Part shown: positions 30,707 to 39,557 of the stretch, one piece after another | How the letters are laid out: the number at the start of each line of letters is the position of its first letter | Position numbering within the stretch: position 1 is the first letter of the stretch | Assembly: GCA_031411875.1 (NCBI GenBank) | Contig: JANOBX010000043.1 | Coordinates: 12,513-76,512 of the forward strand | Length of the DNA stretch: 64,000 nt | Source of the DNA: Burkholderiales bacterium | GTDB lineage: Bacteria > Pseudomonadota > Gammaproteobacteria > Burkholderiales > Burkholderiaceae_C | Direction of reading: 5' to 3' | Made by a program: the position numbers and the translations under genes | The notes under the pieces: model-generated | What the model was told of the DNA's origin: nothing | What the model saw: only the letters and a program-made list of their open reading frames with translations | The model's database searches: none

Positions 30707-31440
30707 TGAAACAGCCCCTACTGCTGGTGGAAGACGACGACGCCGTGGCCGACGTCGTGGCCCTGCACCTGCAGCAGGCGGGCTACAGCCTGCAGCGCGA
30801 GACCGACGGGCTGCAGGCCATGGCCGCGCTGAACCGCGACAGCTTCGCGCTGCTGCTGCTGGACGGCATGCTGCCCGGCGCCGACGGCCTGGACGTCTGC
30901 CGCCACGCGCGCAGGCAGCAGCCGGCGCTGCCGATCATCATGCTGAGCGCACGTGCTGCCGAGACCCACCGCGTGCTCGGGCTGGAGCTCGGCGCCGACG
31001 ACTACCTGGCCAAACCCTTCTCGATGGCCGAACTGGTGGCGCGCGTGCGCGCCCTGCTGCGCCGTGCCGAGCGCGGGCCCGCCGCAGCCGCTGCACCGCT
31101 GCACTTCGGCCTGGCCCGGCAGTGGCAGCTGGACCCGCTGCGCCGGGTGCTCGCGCACGGCAGCACCGCGGTCGGCCTGACCTTGCGCGAATTCGACCTG
31201 TTGCACTTCCTGCTGCGCCATCCGCAGCAGGTGTTCAGCCGCGCCGCGCTGCTGGAGCAGGTCTGGGGCGCGGGCTTCGATGGCTTCGAGCACACCGTCA
31301 ATTCGCACATCAACCGGCTGCGCCAGAAGATCGAGGCCGACGCGCAGGCGGCGCGCTTCATCCAGACCGTGTGGGGCGTGGGCTACCGCTTCGATCCGCT
31401 GGGCACACCGCCCAGCAGCGGCATGGGCACCCGGCCGTGA
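30706..31440 (+). CDS. OmpR-family response regulator
   Basis: LLVEDD, LDGMLPG, GADDYLAKPF, HINRLRQKIE, TVWGVGYRF. Confidence 0.93.
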   Translation: MKQPLLLVEDDDAVADVVALHLQQAGYSLQRETDGLQAMAALNRDSFALLLLDGMLPGADGLDVCRHARRQQPALPIIMLSARAAETHRVLGLELGADDYLAKPFSMAELVARVRALLRRAERGPAAAAAPLHFGLARQWQLDPLRRVLAHGSTAVGLTLREFDLLHFLLRHPQQVFSRAALLEQVWGAGFDGFEHTVNSHINRLRQKIEADAQAARFIQTVWGVGYRFDPLGTPPSSGMGTRP

Positions 31441-32939
31441 AGGCCAGCCTCGCCAGGCGTCTGACCGCGGCCCTGGCGGCGCTGCTGCTCGCCTTCGGCC
31501 TGTTCGTGGCCGGGCTGGTGCGCCATGTCGGGCTGCAGCAGGAAGAAGTGGGGCTGCAGCGCCTGTCGCACGGGCTGGCGGCGCACATCGTCGGCCACTG
31601 GCCCGCCGTGCGTTCGGCCGACGACGCCGACCGCAGCGCTCGCGGCGAACTGCTGCGCATGCTGATGACGGTGAACCCGGGCATCCAGGTCTACCTACTC
31701 GACGCCGACGGCCGTGTCGACCACTACATCGGCGAGCCCGGCATGGTGCGGACGCCCGTCGTGGACCTGGTGCCGGTGCGTGCCTTCCTGGCCGGCGCCG
31801 CGGCACCCGTGCGCGGCACCGACCCGATGGGCGGTCCGCTGCGAAGCTTCAGCACAGCGATGTTTCCGCCCTTGCCGAGCCCCGCGGGGCAGACCGGCCC
31901 GGCCCGGCCACCGGGCTATCTCTACATCGTCCTGCCGGCACCCGCCACGGCCCAGTCCGACGCCCAGGCGCCGCTGTGGCAAGGCGCAGCCTGGGCCGCG
32001 GGCGCAGCAGCACTCCTCACGCTGGGGCTGGGCATGCTGCTCGTGCGCCACCTGACGCGGCCGCTGCAGCGCCTGGCCGCGCGCCTGCACGCCTATGGCC
32101 TGGCCGGCGCGCAGCCGGACCCCTCAAACCCAGCCCTCGCCCCTGCCCCGATCCCGCGCCACGAGATCGACGCCATCGCGCAGGCCTTCGAGGCGATGGC
32201 GCAGCGTGTGTCGGGGCAGGCCCAGGAACGAAGCCGGCAGGACGCCGCCCACCGCGAGGTGATGGCCAATGTGGCCCACGACCTGCGCACGCCGCTGACC
32301 GCGCTGCACGGCCACCTGGAGGCCCTGGCCACCCCAGGCTGGGCCGAAGCGCCGGCACGCCGCCAGCCGCTGCTGAACGCGGCGCTGGCGCAGAGCGACA
32401 AGGTGCGGCGGCTGTCGCAGCAGCTCTTCGAACTGGCGACGCTGCAGTCCACCCACGACCTGCCGCAGCGCGAACGCTTCCGGCTCGACGAACTGGTGGC
32501 CGACACCGTGCAGAAATTCGACCCCGGCCTGCCCCAGGCCACCGTGGCGCTGTGCGGCCCGGCGCCAGCCGCGGTGCTGCTGGACGGTGACCTGCACCTG
32601 ATCGAACGCGCGCTGAGCAACCTGATCGACAACGCCGTGCGCCACGCGCCGGGCAAGCAGCCGGTGCAGGTCAGCCTGCACAGCGACGGCCGGCAGGCGC
32701 AGGTGCTGGTGGCCGATGGCGGGCCCGGTCTGCCGGCCGAACTGGTACGCCGGCTGGCGGCCGACCAACCGGTGCGTGAACCGCCCCTGCCCCGCCCCGG
32801 CGGCGGCGGGGGCGGCCTGGGCCTGGCCATCGCCCAGCGCATTGCCTTGCTGCATGGTGGCAGCCTGCGGGTGCAGCACGGGCCGGGCGCGGGGACACGG
32901 CTGGTGCTGGCGCTGCCGCTGGCCGGCCCGGCGGTCTAG
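31437..32939 (+). CDS. HAMP sensor histidine kinase
   Basis: 2 TM, HDLRTPLT, NLIDNAVRH, DGGPG, GLGLAIA; GTGA overlap. Confidence 0.92.
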   Translation: MKASLARRLTAALAALLLAFGLFVAGLVRHVGLQQEEVGLQRLSHGLAAHIVGHWPAVRSADDADRSARGELLRMLMTVNPGIQVYLLDADGRVDHYIGEPGMVRTPVVDLVPVRAFLAGAAAPVRGTDPMGGPLRSFSTAMFPPLPSPAGQTGPARPPGYLYIVLPAPATAQSDAQAPLWQGAAWAAGAAALLTLGLGMLLVRHLTRPLQRLAARLHAYGLAGAQPDPSNPALAPAPIPRHEIDAIAQAFEAMAQRVSGQAQERSRQDAAHREVMANVAHDLRTPLTALHGHLEALATPGWAEAPARRQPLLNAALAQSDKVRRLSQQLFELATLQSTHDLPQRERFRLDELVADTVQKFDPGLPQATVALCGPAPAAVLLDGDLHLIERALSNLIDNAVRHAPGKQPVQVSLHSDGRQAQVLVADGGPGLPAELVRRLAADQPVREPPLPRPGGGGGGLGLAIAQRIALLHGGSLRVQHGPGAGTRLVLALPLAGPAV

Positions 32940-33060
32940 GGTCATTTGCTGGGCGCGGGGACTGACCTGCCTGGCGCCGCGCCTGTACTGGCGTCCATCA
33001 GAACGACGTCCATGCCTCCGACCTTGTCTCGGCCGCGGGCGCAACCCCATGCGGGGCCTC

Positions 33061-33714
33061 TCAACCGCCATGCACGCCCTGATTCACCGCGTACAAGGCC
33101 AGTTCGACGTCGTTGCGGACACCTGTCTTCTCGAGGATGCGCGCGCGGTAGGTGCTGACGGTGTTCGACGACAAGGCCAGCGCATCGGCGATCTCGCCCA
33201 CGCTGCGGCCCTGGCTGAGCAGCCTGAACACCTGGTACTCACGCTGCGACAGCCGTTCGTGCAGCGGCCGGTCGGCGCCTTTGCCCTCACCCCCGCCGGC
33301 GCCCACGGCGCTGGCCAGCTGTTCGGCCACGCTGGCGGTGATGAACAGGCCGCCCTGCGCGACGCGGCGGATGGCCTCGATCATCTGTTCGCTGTCTGCG
33401 CTTTTGTTCAGGTAGCCGGCCGCGCCCAGCTTCAGGCTGCGCACGGCGTACTGCCGGTCGGGGTAGGTCGACAGCATCAACACCGGGAGCTTGGGAAATT
33501 CGCTCTTCAGCTGCTTCAGCACGTCCAGGCCGTCGCGCTGCGGCATGGCGATGTCGAGCAGCACCACGTCGATGCCGCCCTGGCGCACGCGGGCGACCGC
33601 GTCGGGGCCGCTGGCGGCTTCGAAGGCCAGTGCGATGTCGGGCGCGTCGGCCAGGATCAGCTTGATGCCCTGGCGGACGATCTGGTGGTCGTCGCAGATC
33701 AGCACCTGGATCAT
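33061..33714 (-). CDS. NarL/UvrY-family response regulator
   Basis: LICDDHQIVRQG, LLDIAMP, GYLNK, LSQREYQV, TVSTYRARILEK. Confidence 0.93.
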   Translation of the reverse strand: MIQVLICDDHQIVRQGIKLILADAPDIALAFEAASGPDAVARVRQGGIDVVLLDIAMPQRDGLDVLKQLKSEFPKLPVLMLSTYPDRQYAVRSLKLGAAGYLNKSADSEQMIEAIRRVAQGGLFITASVAEQLASAVGAGGGEGKGADRPLHERLSQREYQVFRLLSQGRSVGEIADALALSSNTVSTYRARILEKTGVRNDVELALYAVNQGVHGG

Positions 33715-34898
33715 GTAGACCCCTCGCCTTCGTTCGACAGCGGCATCACCAGCCGCACGCGCGTGCCCTGCCCTGGCGCGCTGTCGATGCTGAGCCGGCC
33801 GCCGAAGTGCCCGGCCCGTTCGCGCATGCCCAGCACGCCGAAGCTCTGCGGGTCGGCCAGTGCGGCCGGTGCGGCACCCACGCCGTCGTCGCGCACGTCG
33901 ACATACAGCACCGCATCGGGCGGGCCGTCGACGTGGATGCTGATGCGCACACTGCGTGCCCGGGCGTGGCGCGCCACGTTGGTCAGCATCTCCTGGAAGA
34001 TGCGGAAGATGGCGATCGCCTGGCCGCCCTGGGGCGGCGGCACGCCCGCCGCCACGTGGAACTGCAGCGTGGCGTCGAGTTCGCTGGTTTCTGAGTGAGC
34101 GTCGGTGAATTCCTGCGCCTGCCATTCCAGCGCCGCCCACAGGCCCTGATGGTCCAGGATGCTGGGCCGCAGGTCGGTGATGATGCGGCCGACGTTGTCG
34201 ACCGCGGTGTCGATCAGCCGGCCCATGCTCTGGCACTTGGCCTGCAGCTCGGCCTGGCTGTTGGCCTCCAGCCCCACGCGGCGGTGCAGCCAGTGCGTGT
34301 CCATCTTCAAAGCCACCAGCAGCGAACCCAGTTCGTCGTGGATCTCGCGCGCAATGCGCTTGCGCTCGGTCTCGCGCACGGCTTCGATGTGGTTGGCCAG
34401 GTCGCGCAGTTCACGCGTGCGTTCGGCCACGCGCTGCTCGAGTTCGTCGTGGCTCCTGCGCAGCAGTTCTTCGGCGCGCTTGCGTTCGGTGATGTCGACG
34501 AAGGTGGCCACGGCACCGCGCACCTGGCCGTCTTCGATGACGGGGTGGCTGCTGTACTCCGCCGGAAAGCAGCTGCCGTCGGCGCGCCACAGCACTTCGT
34601 CGTCGATGCGGCAGGGCAGGCCCTGGCGGAAGGCCCGGAAGATGGGGCATTCACATTCCGGGTAGTGGCGGCCGTCTGCATGGGTGTGGTGCATCAGCGC
34701 GTGCATGTTGCGGCCCAGCACCATGTCGGTGCTCCAGCCCAGCATTTGCGCCGCTGCGCGGTTCACGAAGGTGCACCGGCCTTCCAGGTCGATGCCGAAG
34801 ATGCCTTCGCCGGTGCTTTCCAGCAACAGGGTCAGGCGCTCGGCGGCCTGGGCGGTGGCCGCGGCGGTGGCAGCCACGGGGGACGGATCGGTTGACAT
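33711..34898 (-). CDS. Cytoplasmic PAS-domain histidine kinase (HisKA_3)
   Basis: PAS (EGIFGIDLEG...FVDITERK), IAREIHDELG, TNVARHA, DDGVG, GMRERA; no TM. Confidence 0.92.
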   Translation of the reverse strand: MSTDPSPVAATAAATAQAAERLTLLLESTGEGIFGIDLEGRCTFVNRAAAQMLGWSTDMVLGRNMHALMHHTHADGRHYPECECPIFRAFRQGLPCRIDDEVLWRADGSCFPAEYSSHPVIEDGQVRGAVATFVDITERKRAEELLRRSHDELEQRVAERTRELRDLANHIEAVRETERKRIAREIHDELGSLLVALKMDTHWLHRRVGLEANSQAELQAKCQSMGRLIDTAVDNVGRIITDLRPSILDHQGLWAALEWQAQEFTDAHSETSELDATLQFHVAAGVPPPQGGQAIAIFRIFQEMLTNVARHARARSVRISIHVDGPPDAVLYVDVRDDGVGAAPAALADPQSFGVLGMRERAGHFGGRLSIDSAPGQGTRVRLVMPLSNEGEGST

Positions 34899-35084
34899 GC
34901 ACCAAGGCGGCGCAAGGCGCATGCCAGGGCCTCTGCGAGAAAAATGTTGCGCCTCCTGTCGATCGATGCCGCGCTCGCGCATCACTGTGTCGAGCCCGCC
35001 GAGCGGCGCGGCTTGTCGGGCGCAGCGCGAGCCGGTAGCGTGCGCCGGTCGACCCTGCCATCCGCCGGAAGTGAAAGCCAAACC

Positions 35085-35456
35085 ATGGAATACATGCTGA
35101 TCTTCAACGAGACCACCGCCGACGTCGCCCAGGGGCAAGACCCGGCCACCGCCCCCGCCTACTGGGCCGCGTGGAACGCCTACGTCGGAGCGATGTTCGG
35201 CGCCGGCATCGTCAAGTCCGGCAACGGCCTGCAGCCGCCGCATACCGCCACCCACGTGCGGGTGCGCAACGGCCAGCGCCAGGTGCAGGACGGCCCCTTC
35301 CCCGAGACCCGGGAACACCTGGGTGGGTACTTCATCATCGACGTGCCGCACCTGGACGCGGCGCTGGAATGGGCGGCGCGGGCGCCGAACACCGCCACCG
35401 GCACGACCGAGGTGCGCCCGGTGCTGGACATGCCGGACGAAGGCCACGGCACGTGA
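35085..35456 (+). CDS. YciI-family (DGPF) protein
   Basis: QDGPFPETREHLGGYFII, EVRPV. Confidence 0.92.
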   Translation: MEYMLIFNETTADVAQGQDPATAPAYWAAWNAYVGAMFGAGIVKSGNGLQPPHTATHVRVRNGQRQVQDGPFPETREHLGGYFIIDVPHLDAALEWAARAPNTATGTTEVRPVLDMPDEGHGT

Positions 35457-36712
35457 CCGAACCGGGCGCTCCGGGCGCCGCGGCAGCCGCTGCTTGCCAG
35501 AGCTACGGCCGCCTGGTGGCGCTGCTGGCCTGCCGCTGGCGCGACCTGGCCGCCGCCGAGGACGCCCTGGCCGAAGCCTTTGCCAGCGCACTGCAGCACT
35601 GGCCGCGTACAGGGGTGCCCGCCGCGCCCGAAGCCTGGCTGATGCGGGCCGCACAGCGCCAGCTGCTGCAGGCCGCGCGCCACCGCCGCGTGGAACTGGA
35701 CCCACGTGTCACGACCCTGCTGGAAGAAGAACCCAGTCTGCCGGCGCCCGATGCCGGCCCCGACCTGCCCGACGAGCGCCTGGCGCTGCTGTTCGTCTGC
35801 GCCCACCCGGCGCTGGCGCCGGCCGTGCACGCGCCGCTGATGCTGCAGGCCGTGCTGGGCCTGGACGCGGCGACCATCGCCGAAGCTTTTCTGGTGTCGC
35901 CGGCGGCGATGGCGCAGCGGCTGGTGCGCGCCAAGGCCAAGATCCGCGACGCCGGCCTGCGCTTCGAAAAGCCCGAGGCCCGCGAGCGCCCGGCCCGCGT
36001 GGCCGCGGTGCTGGAAGCGCTGTACGGCGCCTTCACGCTGGCCACGCACACGGCGCGCCAGGGCACGCCTGAAGCGCTGCCGCCGGCGATGTCAGGCCTG
36101 GCGGAAGAAGCGCTGTTTCTGGCGCGGCTGGTGGCGTCGGAACAAGGCGACAGCGCCGAGGCCCTGGGCCTGCTGGCGCTGATGCTGTATTGCCAGGCGC
36201 GTCGACCGGCGCAGTTCGACGAGGCCGGGCGGTTCGTGCCCCTGACGCAGCAGGACACCAGACTTTGGCAGCACGCGCTGCTGGACGAAGCCGAACAGTG
36301 CCTGTGGGCTGCGGCGCGGCTGCGCCAGCCCGGGGTGTTCCAGCTGGAAGCGGCCATTCAGTCGGCGCATTGCCAGCGGCGGCACGGTGGTGCCACCCCG
36401 TGGGCGGCGATCGCCCGGATGTACGACGCGCTGGTGCTGCACCACCCGAGCACCGGCGCACGCATCGGCCGCGCGGTGGCCCTCGCCGAGGCGGGCGATG
36501 TGGCCGGCGGCCTGGCCGCCCTGCAGACGCTGGACGATGCCAGCCTGCTGGCCCAGCATCAGCCTTACTGGGTGGCACTGGCCCATCTGCTAGGTCTGGC
36601 CGGGGACGACGCGGCAGCGGCACTGGGCTGGCAACGCGCCATCGGCCTGACGGAGGACCCGCGGGTGCGGGCGCACCTGCAGCGGCGCCTGGCCGGCCAA
36701 CAGGGGCTGTGA
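35453..36712 (+). CDS. ECF42-type sigma factor with C-terminal TPR extension
   Basis: AEDALAEAF..AL..WP, DERLALLFVCAHPAL, AQRLVRAKAKIR, QLEAAIQSAH; paired with the DGPF gene. Confidence 0.9.
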   Translation: MTEPGAPGAAAAAACQSYGRLVALLACRWRDLAAAEDALAEAFASALQHWPRTGVPAAPEAWLMRAAQRQLLQAARHRRVELDPRVTTLLEEEPSLPAPDAGPDLPDERLALLFVCAHPALAPAVHAPLMLQAVLGLDAATIAEAFLVSPAAMAQRLVRAKAKIRDAGLRFEKPEARERPARVAAVLEALYGAFTLATHTARQGTPEALPPAMSGLAEEALFLARLVASEQGDSAEALGLLALMLYCQARRPAQFDEAGRFVPLTQQDTRLWQHALLDEAEQCLWAAARLRQPGVFQLEAAIQSAHCQRRHGGATPWAAIARMYDALVLHHPSTGARIGRAVALAEAGDVAGGLAALQTLDDASLLAQHQPYWVALAHLLGLAGDDAAAALGWQRAIGLTEDPRVRAHLQRRLAGQQGL

Positions 36713-36715
36713 AGA

Positions 36716-37090
36716 TCAGGCCGCCAGCGCGGCCTGGTCCAGCAGGCGTTCGGTGCGCGCCTGGTCGTGCGGCTGCTCGGCCGCGTAGACCGCCAGCATC
36801 GGACGCAACAGCGCCCACAGGCCGGCCCGGTCGCTGCGGCATTCCGGGTGGGCCAGGGCAAAGGCTTCGCTGTCGACGCGGGCCACGAAATGCAAGGCCA
36901 GGCTGTCTTCGCGGTCGATTTCCCAGCCGGGTTCACCGCCGACGCCGCCGATGCGGCTGCCGGGCAGCAGCAGCAGGGCCAGTTCGTCGAGACGGCCGTC
37001 CATCAGCGCGATGTTCAGCGCGAACTTCAGCGCGGCCTGGGTGTCGCGCTGCGGTTCGAAGGGGCCAAAGGCGGCATGCAGGTAGTCCAT
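36716..37090 (-). CDS. Putative immunity protein (CdiI-like) for an EndoU toxin
   Basis: 124 aa, starts 12 nt after the toxin-domain stop; C-terminal LAVYAAEQPHD resembles the Y-x3-HP-x-D ending of EndoU-toxin immunity proteins (recall). Confidence 0.6.
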   Translation of the reverse strand: MDYLHAAFGPFEPQRDTQAALKFALNIALMDGRLDELALLLLPGSRIGGVGGEPGWEIDREDSLALHFVARVDSEAFALAHPECRSDRAGLWALLRPMLAVYAAEQPHDQARTERLLDQAALAA

Positions 37091-37102
37091 GGCTGTATCC
37101 GG

Positions 37103-37900
37103 CTATTTGATCGGGTGCACGTTGCCGACAAAGGCCACGCCATCGGCGGTCTTGTTGATGTAGACCCGCATGTTGACACCGCCTTCGACGAAAACAAAGA
37201 CGCCGTTCCAGTCAGGGTTCTTGACGAAAGCTTCGAAGCCGCGCTGCCCGGCCGCCTGCGCCAGTTCCAGCATCTTGGCATCGCTGAAGACCGCTGGGTC
37301 GTACACCGTTTTCCGGAACGCCTTGACCGTTCCGTCGGCATTGGGCATTCATGGATCAGCTCCTTGATGCCAGGCGTGCCGGTTTCTTCCAGGCGGTAGT
37401 CAAAGCCCTTTTCCTTGAGTTGTCGGAGGGCGTTGTCCAGGTTGTGCGTGCCGTGCAGGGCTTGGCCCTCGAAGCCATGCGGGCCCGCCAGGTGCTGCGG
37501 CAGGTCGACGCGATACGACAGGCCGTCGGGCATCGCGCCAGGGGCCGGCACCGCGCCGGCGCCCCTCAGCGGCGTACAGGCCGGCGTTGATGAGGTCGGG
37601 GATGGCCCCCAGGCCGGGAATGAAGCCCGCCAGGTCCAACACGGGATGGATCCAGCCGGACACCGCCGCCCAGCCGGCATTGGCCTGGATCTGAAGGTCG
37701 ACACCCAGGGCCTGACCGATGCGCGCTGCGTCGCGTGCCTCGTCGCGGTAGACGCTGCCCTGCCCCAGTTCGTTGGCCGCCAGCACCAGCGCACCCTTGC
37801 CTGCCGCGGTCTGCGCCAGGGCCCGGAGTTCGGCGTCGCTGTGGGCTTGTACAAAGGCCTGGGCCACTTCATCGCGGTCGTCGGCGGGCAGGCGTTCCAT
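37103..37900 (-). pseudogene. Disrupted polymorphic toxin: pre-toxin (PT-TG-like) segment + EndoU ribonuclease domain across three frames
   Basis: Frame 1: HPVLDLAGFIPGLGAIPDLINAGLYAAEG; frame 2: QHLAG...HGTHNL...TPGI; frame 3: RKTVYDPAVFSD...HPIK; breaks near 37560 and 37349. Confidence 0.8.
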
Positions 37901-37965
37901 GGCCTGCAGGGTGAGCCGGGTGGCTTCCTGCGGCCGCTGCTGGACGGCGGCCGGCGTGCAGGTGC

Positions 37966-38871
37966 TCAGTAGACCTCGGGCACGATCCGCTCGGCCGGCA
38001 CGGGGTGGCGGGTGTAGTCGGGGTTTCGAACACGCGCCGGCAGGTCGATGCCCGGACGCTCCACCTCGGTGTAAGGCATCTGCTGCAGCAGGTGGTGGAT
38101 GCAGTTCAGCCGCGCGCGCTTCTTGTCCACGGCCTGCACCACCCACCAGGGCGCCTCGGCGATGTGGGTGCGTTCCAGCATGGCTTCCTTGGCGCGGGTG
38201 TAGTCCTCCCAGCGGCGCCGGCTTTCCAGGTCCATGGGGCTCAGCTTCCACTGCTTCAGCGGGTCGTTGATGCGGCCCAGGAAGCGCAGGTGCTGTTCGT
38301 CGTCGGTGATGCTGAACCAGTACTTCAGCAGCTGCACGCCGCTGCGCACGAGCATGCGTTCGAATTCGGGCACGCTGCGGAAGAACTCTTCGACCTCGGC
38401 TTCGCTGCAGAAGCCCATCACGCGTTCGACGCCGGCGCGGTTGTACCAGCTGCGGTCGAACAGCACCATTTCGCCGGCCGCCGGCAGGTGGCTGACATAG
38501 CGCTGGAAGTACCACTGCGTTTTTTCGCGGCTGTTCGGTGCCGGCAGGGCCACCACGCGCGCCACGCGCGGGTTCAGGCGCTGGGTGATGCGCTTGATGA
38601 CGCCGCCCTTGCCCGCAGCGTCGCGGCCTTCGAACAGGATCACCACCTTGTGGCCGGTGGCGGCCACCCAGTCCTGCAGCTTCACCAGTTCGCCCTGCAG
38701 CCTGAAGAGCTCGCGGAAATAGGTGCGGCGGTCGCTTTGTGCGGCGGCGGTGCCGGGGTCCCGGTCTTCGATCTCGAGTTCGAGTTCCTCGTCGAAGCCG
38801 TCGAGCAGCTCGGCCTCGATGCGCTGCAGCAGGCGGGCGTGGTCTTCAGGGCTCAGGTCGGTGGAGTTCAT
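37966..38871 (-). CDS. ppk2: Polyphosphate kinase 2
   Basis: FEGRDAAGKGG, QWYFQRY, DRSWYNRAGVERVMGF, WKLSPMD. Confidence 0.96.
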   Translation of the reverse strand: MNSTDLSPEDHARLLQRIEAELLDGFDEELELEIEDRDPGTAAAQSDRRTYFRELFRLQGELVKLQDWVAATGHKVVILFEGRDAAGKGGVIKRITQRLNPRVARVVALPAPNSREKTQWYFQRYVSHLPAAGEMVLFDRSWYNRAGVERVMGFCSEAEVEEFFRSVPEFERMLVRSGVQLLKYWFSITDDEQHLRFLGRINDPLKQWKLSPMDLESRRRWEDYTRAKEAMLERTHIAEAPWWVVQAVDKKRARLNCIHHLLQQMPYTEVERPGIDLPARVRNPDYTRHPVPAERIVPEVY

Positions 38872-39050
38872 GGCTTCAAGGGCAGCATTCGGGCCATGTT
38901 GACCATGCCCGGCTTCCGTGACAGGCCCATGACTTCGGTGCTGCCTGCGTGCCCGTTCCGCGGGGTGCAGACCTGGGGAGTGCCAGCCCGCCCAGGACGT
39001 GCCACAGTGCGCTCGCCGGCCCGCATCGGGCCGCGATAAGGAGCCCCGCC

Positions 39051-39458
39051 ATGCCGCTGCGCCACCCCTCTCCGATGACCTGCCTGCTGGCCCTGGCCGT
39101 GGTCGTGACCAGCCTGGCACCCCAGGCTGCCCAGGCCACCTGCCCGCCCAGCTGCGCCATGGCCGACAGCGTCGTCAACGCCGCCGGCGTGCCCGAAGAC
39201 CTGTCCCGCATGGCCACGCGGCTGGCATTCAACGCCGATGGCCTGGCGCCAGCCAGCGCCAGGACCGTGAAGGAACTGGCCGCTGAAATCAAGCGCCTGC
39301 CGGCCGGTGCCACCCTCACCCTGCGCGTGGGGGCGGACAGCGGCCTGGCGGGTGCGGCCGCAGCCAGGCAGGCGGCAGCGCGCCAGCAGGCCTTGCAGAC
39401 CGCACTGGCCAAGGAAGGTGTGAAGGCCGGACAGGTGACCGTGGCCGTGACACGCTGA
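39051..39458 (+). CDS. Small secreted protein with a degenerate OmpA-C-like domain
   Basis: RBS TAAGGAG; AQA signal peptide; CPPSC; F...L...S...L.L.VGAD...AR...L...GV pattern. Confidence 0.65.
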   Translation: MPLRHPSPMTCLLALAVVVTSLAPQAAQATCPPSCAMADSVVNAAGVPEDLSRMATRLAFNADGLAPASARTVKELAAEIKRLPAGATLTLRVGADSGLAGAAAARQAAARQQALQTALAKEGVKAGQVTVAVTR

Positions 39459-39461
39459 GGC

Positions 39462-39503
39462 CGACTCGCGACTCGCGACTCGCGACTCGCGACGCGCGAC
39501 ACG
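39462..39503. repeat. Heptamer tandem repeat (CGACTCG)4 + 2 degenerate copies
   Basis: CGACTCG x4, CGACGCG, CGACACG between convergent genes. Confidence 0.85.
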
Positions 39504-39557
39504 AGCACAGAGCGCGACACAAGGGCGGCTGGCGACCGCGCAGACGCTGCCACGCGG

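Noticed and set aside
37346-37352. Programmed -1 frameshift producing active toxin
   Set aside because: No slippery heptamer; a second break and the missing N-terminus indicate decay or error
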